Positions 1 through 7,840 of a DNA stretch of 37,517 nucleotides are shown one piece after another. The DNA is from Ktedonobacteria bacterium (GTDB lineage Bacteria; Chloroflexota; Ktedonobacteria; Ktedonobacterales; JADMIN01), in the NCBI GenBank assembly GCA_027307065.1, contig DAHUXT010000002.1, forward strand, positions 1 to 37,517, read 5' to 3'. Position numbers and translations under genes: made by a program. The notes below the pieces were generated by a model. That model was not told where the DNA came from. It searched no databases and worked only from the letters and a program-made list of their open reading frames with translations. Position 1 is the first letter of the stretch, and every line of letters begins with the position of its first letter.

Positions 1-8
1 GAGAGGAA

Positions 9-374
9 GTGAATCGCGTGTTGAAGCTCGGCTCAGTCATGGTGGGAACGTTGCAGCACGAAGCGCTGGTCGCGTTCTATGAGAAGGTCTTCGAGAAGCC
101 CGCTGATATGGCTGATCAGGAAAACGGCTTCGCTGGGTGGCAAGTGGAAGGCGGCTTCTTCGGTGTGCTGAGGCATTCCGAGATGGGCGGAAAGACCAAA
201 GACCCAGGGCGCATCATGCTCAATTTCGAGACGACTGAGGTCGCCAAGGAATTCGAGCGCCTGAAGTCCCTGGGGGCCGTGGTGGTCCGTGAGCCCTATG
301 CCACCGGGGAGGGGTTGCTGGCTACACTGGCGGATCCTGATGGGAACTACTTTCAATTGATGACCTCAATGTAA
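9..374 (+). CDS. VOC (glyoxalase/bleomycin-resistance/dioxygenase fold) family protein
   Basis: 121-aa ORF with GTG start. Size and sequence pattern fit a single VOC module (hydrophobic N-terminal strand GSVMVGT, C-terminal ATLADPDGNYFQL typical of the family). Confidence 0.75.
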   Translation: MNRVLKLGSVMVGTLQHEALVAFYEKVFEKPADMADQENGFAGWQVEGGFFGVLRHSEMGGKTKDPGRIMLNFETTEVAKEFERLKSLGAVVVREPYATGEGLLATLADPDGNYFQLMTSM

Positions 375-382
375 CGAGCCCT

Positions 383-424
383 CCCAGCCGCGCTCCCGAT
401 GCTCACAGAGCAAGCGTGGCTGGG
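383..424 (+). terminator. Stem-loop just after the VOC stop codon (possible terminator, no U-tract)
   Basis: CCCAGCCGCG (383-392) pairs with CGTGGCTGGG (415-424): 10 bp with one G-U, 22-nt loop. No T-run follows. Confidence 0.3.
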
Positions 425-872
425 AATCCTACCGGGTGTGGGACAGCATGCTGATCTTGCTGCACCACTTGCCAGGGGATAACGGCGCCCAATGCTCTCC
501 TTTTCGTGAGAATGGCGTGCTATACTTTCTCCCAAAGCAGACCTGGCGAAGGGAGCAAGCCATGCGGCAAGTGGCTCGGCACGATGCTGATCGACCATCT
601 CTTCTTCTTCGGCGACCTCGGCGATGGCGATCTCTGCTTTTCCTGATCGCCTGTGGAAGGGGTCAGGAACCGAGTCTTCCGGTGGGACCGTGAAGACGAT
701 ACCTGGATCAGTTCTGCCGTTTCGCTTGCTGACTGGTTGCGGGGGCAGAGGCATACCTTTTGAGCTAGCCCCCACGCAGCGGAATCAGTGCGGCCACAAA
801 GGCACTCGGCCATGCGGACTCAGTGCACGTCTCTGCTCGCTGAGCTCGATTCGTCAGACAGACCCTAGTCGC

Positions 873-1736
873 ATGAAAGGCGAGTCGCCAATGGCTGCCG
901 TCACCACCGAGCACCTGATGCGGATGGCCCTGGACATGGCTGGCTGGGAGACGATTCCCGGTGATTGCGCGATCTACTATCCTGGTACTCGTATCAGTCA
1001 TGTGCTGATGGGAATCGACGCGGGCGCCGCTGAACTCTTCATGGCGCGCCAACTTGGCTACCACGCGGTCATCGCGCACCATCCAGAGGGCTACGCCGGG
1101 CCATTCTGGGATGTCTATCACCTGCACGTTGGCCAGATGGTGGCTGCGGGCGTCCCAGTGGATGTGGCCGAAGGGGCGGTGGCCACGCGGATCGAGAGCT
1201 TCAGGGCGGCCTCTCAGCGCGAAAACTACGATCACGCGGCATCCGTGGCGCGGCTTTTGGAGATGCCGTTTCTCAATATCCACTCTCCGCTTGACGAGGT
1301 TGGACGGCGCATTATGCAGCGCACTGTGGACGACCAGCTTGCGCTGAAGCCCGACTCGACCGTGGCGGACGTGCGTGACGCGCTGCTGAAGTTGCCCGAA
1401 TACGCGGCGGCGCGCACACAGATGCAGAATCCACTGGGCGCGTGGGATGCGCCCGCCGGAAAGGTCGTGGTCTCGCACGGGGCGTATACCAACGGTGGCT
1501 ATCCCGTTGCCCGCGCTTATTTCACTCATGGCGTGCAGACGATCTGCTGCATCCACTTTCCGCTCGAAGATGCGCAACGGCTGGCGAGCGAAGGTATCAG
1601 GGGCAACCTCCTGGTGATGGGACACATCGCGGGTGATAGTGTCGGCATCAATCCATATGTCGCCCAACTGCGCGAGTCCGGCCTGGAGGTCACGACCTTC
1701 TCGGGAATCATAGGCGGTGAATCTGCTGGGGCCTGA
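873..1736 (+). CDS. NIF3 (DUF34)-like metal-binding protein, tentative
   Basis: The track ORF 624-1736 is probably N-terminally over-extended, so I start at ATG 873 (MKGESPMAAV; ATG 891 also possible). Motifs resemble NIF3: GIDAG..., AVIAHHPEGY (HHP motif), NIHSPLD (HTNLD-like), C-terminal MGHIAGDS. Confidence 0.5.
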   Translation: MKGESPMAAVTTEHLMRMALDMAGWETIPGDCAIYYPGTRISHVLMGIDAGAAELFMARQLGYHAVIAHHPEGYAGPFWDVYHLHVGQMVAAGVPVDVAEGAVATRIESFRAASQRENYDHAASVARLLEMPFLNIHSPLDEVGRRIMQRTVDDQLALKPDSTVADVRDALLKLPEYAAARTQMQNPLGAWDAPAGKVVVSHGAYTNGGYPVARAYFTHGVQTICCIHFPLEDAQRLASEGIRGNLLVMGHIAGDSVGINPYVAQLRESGLEVTTFSGIIGGESAGA

Positions 1737-1787
1737 GCGCGGATCGATATTTCAACAACCAGCAGTCAGTAATCGGAGAACATATCC

Positions 1788-2393
1788 GTGGAGCTTCGCG
1801 AAATTCTCAAGCGCCGCAAATCGGTGCGCGCCTTCCAGCAACAGCCCGTGCCGAGTGAAGCGCTCGACCGTATTCTGGAGAGCGCGCGCCACGCTCCGTC
1901 GGCTGGCTTCACGCAGGGCAATGAGTACCTGGTGCTCGACACGCCGGCGCCGGTAGAGGAGTTCTGGAATCTCATCGACGATCCAGACGAGCCGATGACA
2001 TCCGAGCAGCGGGCGGTCCTCGCGCCTGTGGTCATTCTGCCGCTCGCGAATCGCCAGGCGTACCTCGACCGCTATTCACAGCCAGACAAGATTGCCGCGG
2101 GGATGGATACAGCTGAGCGCTGGCCCGCGCCCTATTGGGACATCGACGCTGGCATGGCATCGATGTTGATGCTGCTTGCGGCTATCGACGAGGGATTGGC
2201 CGCGTACTTCTTTGGGATGGCGTATGGCGAGCGCGCCGTGCTGCACCGCTTTTCCGTCCCCACCGATTTCAAGCCCATCGGCGTCATCGCGCTTGGATAC
2301 GCGGCAGCCACCGATCCGAACGCGGCCCTTTCTTCGACCAGGCGGCGGCAGCACCGACCCATCGAAACGCTCATACATCGGAACGGCTGGTAG
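1788..2393 (+). CDS. Nitroreductase family protein
   Basis: GTG start preceded by GGAGAA. N-terminus ILKRRKSVRAFQQQPVPSEALDRILESARHAPSAG is the classic nitroreductase signature region; about 200 aa. Confidence 0.8.
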   Translation: MELREILKRRKSVRAFQQQPVPSEALDRILESARHAPSAGFTQGNEYLVLDTPAPVEEFWNLIDDPDEPMTSEQRAVLAPVVILPLANRQAYLDRYSQPDKIAAGMDTAERWPAPYWDIDAGMASMLMLLAAIDEGLAAYFFGMAYGERAVLHRFSVPTDFKPIGVIALGYAAATDPNAALSSTRRRQHRPIETLIHRNGW

Positions 2394-2398
2394 GCTTG

Positions 2399-3880
2399 TT
2401 ACGCTTCAGACATTGGGTCGTGCAACAGGGTATGGCGCAGCCGCTGCGCCAGGGCCAGCAATTGAGCCGTAGGCGTATGACCGGGGCTGAACAGGCAGGC
2501 CATTTGGCTGGAGCGTACCGCTTGATCGAGGTGGAACATCATGTCGCTCTGCCATTCAGTATCGATCACAGCATAGGCCCAACTGAGCTCGTTGACGGCG
2601 CGCTGGCGCCAGAGTTCGGCGTTTTGAGGCGCCTGCGAGAGGGCCTTCAGAAAAGCCTGTTCGGCCTTCTCGAAGCCGCTGGCTTGGCGGTGTGTCACTG
2701 CCCATGCGCCTGTTCGTGACAGTTTGGAGGCGCGAGCATCAACCGGCTGTGCGGCGAGGGCATCTTCGAAAACGCGCACCGCTTCCTCGGTCTGCCCCTT
2801 GCGCGCAAGGTAGCTTGCCCTGATGCTGAGCATCTGGGGGTTCCGCGGATCGACCTTAAGGGCATTCTCAGCATAGGTGTGGGCCTCACTGTAGAAGCCG
2901 CACTGCTCCAGCGCGTTTGCCAGGCGTACCCACATCCAAATCTTGTTCTCCGGTGTGCGCGCCATGACCTCCGCTTCGGCGTACACTGGCCACCCATGCC
3001 GCCGTGCCTCATTCTGCAAAAAGATGACGGCTTCGTGCGCGGTCGGTCGTGCTTTATGACGCGGAGAAAGACAACGTCGATAGAGCAACTCAACGATTTC
3101 CGAGACTGCGGGTGCGAGCGGTCTGGGTTCGCGCTGGTATCGTCGTGTGTGCGCCGCATGCCAGGCGCTTCTGGTGAGTCGTTCGCCATCATTCAGGTCA
3201 GTCAACGGGTGATGCCCTGTCAGCAATTCGCACAAGATGATGCCAAACGCGTACATGTCCGCCACTCGGCTGGGTTTATATCCTTGCGCCCATGACTCTG
3301 GAGCACGATATGCCATCGAGTCGCCTCTGCCGCCGGATGATTCGAGCAGTATGAATGCGCTGCCGCCATTGAGGATGTTGGCGAAACCGATATCGCTCAG
3401 TTGTACGAGTCCATTCCCCTGGACGAGGATATTCTCGGGCTTCAAGTTGCCATGCGGCATCTGTTTGCGTGGAATCTCCCGGTCAGGCGAGTGCAGCGCC
3501 CGTAATCCTGAGGCGATCATCTGGGCATAGTAGAGCGCCTGGGCTGGCTGGAGGTTCTGTCGTATACACTGGCGCAGGTTGCCCTGTGTGGCGTAGTCGA
3601 GCGCCACGTAGCTGCGGTTCTCGATGAATATGATCTGCTCGGCGGAGACGAGATTCGGGTGCGGCCAGATACTCATCCAGTTGAGCGCTACGTTGATGAA
3701 CCGATCACGGGCTCGTGGCAATGCCATTGAGAGTGCTGGCCTAAGCGTCTTCAGGGCACGCCAGCGACCTTCCACCTTCTTGTCTGGACCCGTGTAGAGG
3801 AGGTACGGCCCCCCGCTTTCACGTCGACGCAGTTCAAGATCTACCGTATGTTGGTCGGTTATATGTGGAAAGTTCTGCAT
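2399..3880 (-). CDS. Ser/Thr protein-kinase-like domain (predicted pseudokinase) fused to C-terminal TPR repeats
   Basis: 493-aa ORF with AGGAGA RBS. Kinase-fold motifs present: HGNLKPENILV (HRD box with D to N), SDIGFA (DFG to DIG), YRAPE, ALK beta3 lysine. No GxGxxG loop. The C-terminal half has TPR-like A/L/Y-rich repeats. Confidence 0.8.
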   Translation of the reverse strand: MQNFPHITDQHTVDLELRRRESGGPYLLYTGPDKKVEGRWRALKTLRPALSMALPRARDRFINVALNWMSIWPHPNLVSAEQIIFIENRSYVALDYATQGNLRQCIRQNLQPAQALYYAQMIASGLRALHSPDREIPRKQMPHGNLKPENILVQGNGLVQLSDIGFANILNGGSAFILLESSGGRGDSMAYRAPESWAQGYKPSRVADMYAFGIILCELLTGHHPLTDLNDGERLTRSAWHAAHTRRYQREPRPLAPAVSEIVELLYRRCLSPRHKARPTAHEAVIFLQNEARRHGWPVYAEAEVMARTPENKIWMWVRLANALEQCGFYSEAHTYAENALKVDPRNPQMLSIRASYLARKGQTEEAVRVFEDALAAQPVDARASKLSRTGAWAVTHRQASGFEKAEQAFLKALSQAPQNAELWRQRAVNELSWAYAVIDTEWQSDMMFHLDQAVRSSQMACLFSPGHTPTAQLLALAQRLRHTLLHDPMSEA

Positions 3881-4257
3881 ATGCCCGGCTCTCCTGAGCC
3901 TGTGCCATGCTGGAGTATTGTCTCTGCCAACGTGGTCATCAGGACGCGATAACGGCGAACTATGGTACAGGCGACATCATCGATGGGGTGGCTGCGGACG
4001 GCATACAGTGGTACAGCGCCAAAGTGGGCCTATATCACAGAAAGATGCACTTTCGCAGGCCTTGCCCAGTATATCCGAACATTCGCCTTTTGACTCCCAA
4101 GTGTGGCAAATCTGGCCAATTATTGACAAATGTGGCACAATGGCAGACAGGCGAACGCCATTATGCGCTCCAGCAAACGCAGAAAGGATTTGGCGATCGC
4201 GCAGGGCACCTTATAACCGGCCTTTGATGTGAAAGGACTCACGCGCGAGTTCACTGT

Positions 4258-4293
4258 GGCGGCGGCAGCGGCGGCAGCGGCGGCAGCGGCGGC
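4258..4293. repeat. 9-bp tandem repeat (GGCGGCAGC) about 4 units
   Basis: ggc ggcggcagc ggcggcagc ggcggcagc ggcggc read directly from the sequence. It ends 15 nt upstream of the ATG at 4308. Confidence 0.9.
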
Positions 4294-4307
4294 TGGGGGC
4301 GGACTTT

Positions 4308-5873
4308 ATGGAGCAGGAACGATTTGGAGACATCCTGAGATCACTTATCGGTCACGCATCTGTGCGTGATCTCGCGAAGGCGATCAACGTCGATTTCTCG
4401 CAGGTGTATCGATGGATGCGTAACGAGCGCATTCCACATCTGAATACCGACCATGTAGGGAAGATTGCCAGCCACCTCCATCTCGAGGCGCGGGAGACCC
4501 AACGACTCGTGCAGGCGCAGGTATATTCGCTGACTCATTCGCAGCCTGGCCCGACGCGAAAGCGTTCGTCACAATCGAGGTCCGAGGTGGTCGGAAGGTT
4601 CATGGAGCAGACCTACAATCGCCCAGAGCCGAGCAGTCCAGGAGCCGTTGGGCTTCGCCTGGCCTCGAAGGAAGCGCTGCCAGAAACCGTCTGCGAGAGT
4701 GGCGCGATTGTCGCACTGGCAACAAAACTCATCGCGAATGAGTGGCCTGATCCAAGCGACCCTACAATCGTGATATCGACCCAGGGCGAAGACCTGTTCG
4801 CGGGGCTTGCCTCCGCGCCTGAGCTTGAACAAAGGTGGCAGCAGGCACTTCGGCTGGCGCTGCACCACGGCTGGAAGATCGAGCACCTTTGGCGACTAGA
4901 TAGGGATATTGCCCGCTCGCTGCATATCGTCCAGTCGATTTTGGAACTCGTGGAGGCAGGTGGCTACTTTCCACGCTACTTCGACAGGTATAAACTACTG
5001 CGGCATCCGTACGATATGGTGATCATTCCCAGACGCGCGGCGCTGCTGCTCCTGGCGACGAACAATGCGGTCAGCGCAGACGGGGCGGTCGTGCTGACCG
5101 AGCCTGCGCAAATCGCGTTGATGAACGCGCATTACCAACAACTCCGTGAGGATAGCAATCCACTGTTCCGAACGTTCTTAGGGGAGGCACAGGAAGTGCA
5201 ATTCACCCTCGCGATGGTAGAGTCGGAGGCCAATCCAGGTGGGAGGCTTTCAGCGATGAACGGGCTGAGCGCCCTCACCCACCCGCCATCCTGGAATTCG
5301 CGCTACGGGCTTGTGGGTACCAACGCTCAGCAGTCTGGGATCGTGAGCGAAGCAGACATGCCGCGCTACATCGCTGCCTTACAGCGTCGCGTTGTGGCGT
5401 TCGAGGCAAATATTCAGGTCTACGATTACCTCGACATTTGTACAATGAAAGGCATTCGCCGGTTGGCTGACGATGGCCGCATTCATCCGCATGTGCCGTT
5501 CGTTGATAAGAACTATGGAATGGAACGGCGGTTGGAGCACATCGAGCGCCTCATTTTTCTGTTGCGAAACTACGAGCACTATCACCTGGCGCTTCTTGAT
5601 GATCACGAGGAGCAAGCAATCCGTAACAAGCCTTCCTACATCATCACCGGCGACGGGCATGTCTTCATTACTGGAGTGTCATACGACGTACCAGACAAGC
5701 CAACGAACATGCAGGTAGAGGTCACAGAGGCAACCATCGCTTCGGCCTTCCGCGAATATTTCTTCGAGACATGGGAGCGTATTGCGCCGCCTAACAAGGA
5801 GAAATCTAGCGTCATCGAGTGGCTCACCCGTCAGGCAGACGCAGTGCGGCAGCACATCCGTAGCGGTGCTTGA
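4308..5873 (+). CDS. XRE-type HTH protein with a large (about 450 aa) uncharacterised C-terminal region
   Basis: N-terminus SVRDLAKAINVDFSQVYRWMRNERIP is a canonical XRE/Cro-type helix-turn-helix. I cannot assign the remainder to any family. Confidence 0.75.
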   Translation: MEQERFGDILRSLIGHASVRDLAKAINVDFSQVYRWMRNERIPHLNTDHVGKIASHLHLEARETQRLVQAQVYSLTHSQPGPTRKRSSQSRSEVVGRFMEQTYNRPEPSSPGAVGLRLASKEALPETVCESGAIVALATKLIANEWPDPSDPTIVISTQGEDLFAGLASAPELEQRWQQALRLALHHGWKIEHLWRLDRDIARSLHIVQSILELVEAGGYFPRYFDRYKLLRHPYDMVIIPRRAALLLLATNNAVSADGAVVLTEPAQIALMNAHYQQLREDSNPLFRTFLGEAQEVQFTLAMVESEANPGGRLSAMNGLSALTHPPSWNSRYGLVGTNAQQSGIVSEADMPRYIAALQRRVVAFEANIQVYDYLDICTMKGIRRLADDGRIHPHVPFVDKNYGMERRLEHIERLIFLLRNYEHYHLALLDDHEEQAIRNKPSYIITGDGHVFITGVSYDVPDKPTNMQVEVTEATIASAFREYFFETWERIAPPNKEKSSVIEWLTRQADAVRQHIRSGA

Positions 5874-5896
5874 CAGGATCTTGACGGGGATAACGA

Positions 5897-5925
5897 ATCC
5901 CCTCTCCGAGGCGCAGAGAGGGGAT
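5897..5925. terminator. Perfect 10-bp inverted repeat between convergent genes (candidate bidirectional terminator)
   Basis: ATCCCCTCTC (5897-5906), 9-nt loop, GAGAGGGGAT (5916-5925). It lies between the HTH gene stop (5873) and the glpX stop (5951). No strong U-tract on either strand. Confidence 0.45.
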
Positions 5926-5950
5926 CGTCGTGCGGTTGGTCTGGCGGGCG

Positions 5951-7018
5951 CTAGCCGCGATTCCAGCGATGTACCGCGGTAATGTATCGAATCGTTCCGG
6001 TACGGGCGCGCATCATCACCGAGTGCGTGCGAGCGTTCAAGTGCCCTACTTCGACGCCAACCAATAGATCACCAGTGGTGATGCCGGTCGCGGCAAACGA
6101 GACATCGTCTGACGTGATGAGATCGTTCACGGTGTAGATACGCGCGAGATCCACACCATCGGCTTTCAGTTGGTCGCGTTCGGCATCGGTACGTGGCCAG
6201 ATGCGGCACAGCATTTGTCCGCCGATGCATTTGATCGCCGCCGCTGCCAGCACAGCTTCAGGTGCGCCGCCGATGCCCATGTAGACGTCCGCTGCGTGAT
6301 ATTCCTCCATCGCCGCTTGTAGCGCCGCCGCCACGTCACCATCGGGAATCAGCTTGACGCGTGCGCCAGCGGTCCGAATCTGTTTGATGATGTTGGCATG
6401 TCGTTCGCGGTCGAGCACAGTCACCGTGACATCGCTGACCGGCACCCCACGCGCTTGCGCGATGCGATCCAGGTTTTCGCTAATCGGTGCGTCGAGGTCA
6501 ATCACATGTGCCGCGTCGCGCCCGACTGCCAGCTTTTCCATGTAATACACCCCATTGGGCGCCCGGAACATCGTGCCTCGTGCCGCCGTCGCGACGACCG
6601 CGATCGCTCCAGACAGCCCCATCGCGGTCAAGCGGGTGCCGTCCACTGGATCCACCGCGACGTCTACCTCTGGCGGCAGGCCATTGCCAACCTCCTCGCC
6701 GACGTAGAGCATGGGCGCTTCGTCTTTCTCTCCCTCGCCAATGACCACCACGCCATGCATGTCTACGCCCTCGATGGCGTTGCGCATCGCATCGACCGCC
6801 GCCTGGTCTACCGCTTCCTTGTCTCCTCGTCCCAGGTGTGCCGAGGCCGCAAACGCCGCGGCCTCGGTGACCCGCACCAACTCCAGTCCAAGGTTGCGCT
6901 CGCGTGTTCCCGCGCGCTGGTATCGATCACTCGCCACTTGTCTCCTCCAGTACGTCTCTCTATCGCTACCGACGCGCGCCATCGAGCGCCGGGATGTGCG
7001 ATCGCTGTTCTCAATCAT
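5951..7018 (-). CDS. glpX: Class II fructose-1,6-bisphosphatase
   Basis: RNLGLELVRVTEAAA..., GRGDKEAVDQAAVDAMR, VVIGEGEKDEAPMLY, DPVDGT and GIGGAPEAV are hallmark GlpX blocks. The N-terminal extension resembles actinobacterial GlpX; an alternative start is ATG 6982. Confidence 0.9.
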   Translation of the reverse strand: MIENSDRTSRRSMARVGSDRETYWRRQVASDRYQRAGTRERNLGLELVRVTEAAAFAASAHLGRGDKEAVDQAAVDAMRNAIEGVDMHGVVVIGEGEKDEAPMLYVGEEVGNGLPPEVDVAVDPVDGTRLTAMGLSGAIAVVATAARGTMFRAPNGVYYMEKLAVGRDAAHVIDLDAPISENLDRIAQARGVPVSDVTVTVLDRERHANIIKQIRTAGARVKLIPDGDVAAALQAAMEEYHAADVYMGIGGAPEAVLAAAAIKCIGGQMLCRIWPRTDAERDQLKADGVDLARIYTVNDLITSDDVSFAATGITTGDLLVGVEVGHLNARTHSVMMRARTGTIRYITAVHRWNRG

Positions 7019-7028
7019 GCAACAACTG

Positions 7029-7637
7029 CTAGACGGTCGGCCGCTGGGAGTTTACCCGGCAATGCTCGGCGCAGAGAATAGCGCGCAGTTGTTCAATGGA
7101 GTCTGTTAGGCGATCTTGCTGGTTCACGATCACGTAGTCGTAGTGTTGAAGCTCGGCCATCTCACGTTCCGCGTTCAGCATGCGCAGCGTGCGCTGTTCA
7201 GGGGTGTCGGTGCCACGGATGTTGAGCCGTTCGACCAGTTCATCAAGCGAGCGCGGGGCGAGGAACACGAAGATTGCACCCTGTGTGCGTGCGCGAACGG
7301 TTCGCGCGCCCTGTGTGTCGATGGTGAGCAACACATCGGTTCCCTGCGCGAGTTTTTCGCGCACAGGCGTCGCCGGAACGCCGTACCAGTTGCCATGTAC
7401 TTCGGCGTGCTCCAGGAGCTCACCATGCTCGAGCATCTGTTGAAACTCGTGTTGGGTGCGGAAGTGATAATGCACTCCGTCCACCTCGCCGGGGCGGGGC
7501 CGCCGCGTGGTCGCGGTGACGACGATGTGGCCGCTCCAGCCTTGCCGCACCAGTTCGTTGGTAACGGTGGTCTTGCCCACGCCTGAGGGGCCAGAAAAAA
7601 CCACTAAGAGTGGCGTGCGCGCGCCTGGGGGCGTCAT
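7029..7637 (-). CDS. gmk: Guanylate kinase
   Basis: P-loop FSGPSGVGKTT followed by a guanylate-kinase core (TTRRPRPGEVDGVHYHF). The track ORF runs to 7778. I prefer ATG 7637 (MTPPGARTPLLVVFSGPSG) because it puts the P-loop at the usual distance from the N-terminus. Confidence 0.85.
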   Translation of the reverse strand: MTPPGARTPLLVVFSGPSGVGKTTVTNELVRQGWSGHIVVTATTRRPRPGEVDGVHYHFRTQHEFQQMLEHGELLEHAEVHGNWYGVPATPVREKLAQGTDVLLTIDTQGARTVRARTQGAIFVFLAPRSLDELVERLNIRGTDTPEQRTLRMLNAEREMAELQHYDYVIVNQQDRLTDSIEQLRAILCAEHCRVNSQRPTV

Positions 7638-7840
7638 AACAGCCCCGTCCGGACTCAGCCATTGCGAAGCTGACGCCGATCGCGCTGCCCCGCTGTCTCT
7701 TTCTGCCATACTCTGCGCTCCACCGTCAGTCCGGTGCGTGCTATACTGAGTCGCCGTTGAGGCCCGCTCACCCCACAAGAGTGTATGAACGAATCGCTAA
7801 AGATGGCGACGATACATTGATTGACTAGAGAGATGATACC

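Noticed and set aside
353-775. 140-aa minus-strand ORF in the VOC/NIF3 spacer
   Set aside because: It overlaps the VOC gene 3' end and has no RBS at either candidate start. Its composition is odd (Cys/Arg/Pro/Ser-rich) and I recognise no domain. The region is kept only as an unexplained spacer finding.
624-872. N-terminal 83-aa extension of the NIF3-like ORF
   Set aside because: The extension is Cys/Arg/Gly-rich and non-homologous-looking, and NIF3-like similarity starts after ATG 873/891.
4102-4146. TGGCA-containing repeats (TGTGGCAAAT / TGTGGCACAAT, TGGCCAATTATTGAC) that looked like a sigma-54 -24/-12 promoter
   Set aside because: The GG-to-GC spacing is one nucleotide short and the -12 TTGC element is not matched (TTGA / CAGA). 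The repeats may still be operator half-sites, but they are too short to call.
3907-4232. Two overlapping plus-strand ORFs (106 and 104 aa) in the pseudokinase/HTH divergent intergenic region
   Set aside because: Two frames open over the same DNA, with no RBS and a non-protein-like composition. The region is more plausibly promoter or leader DNA for the two flanking genes.
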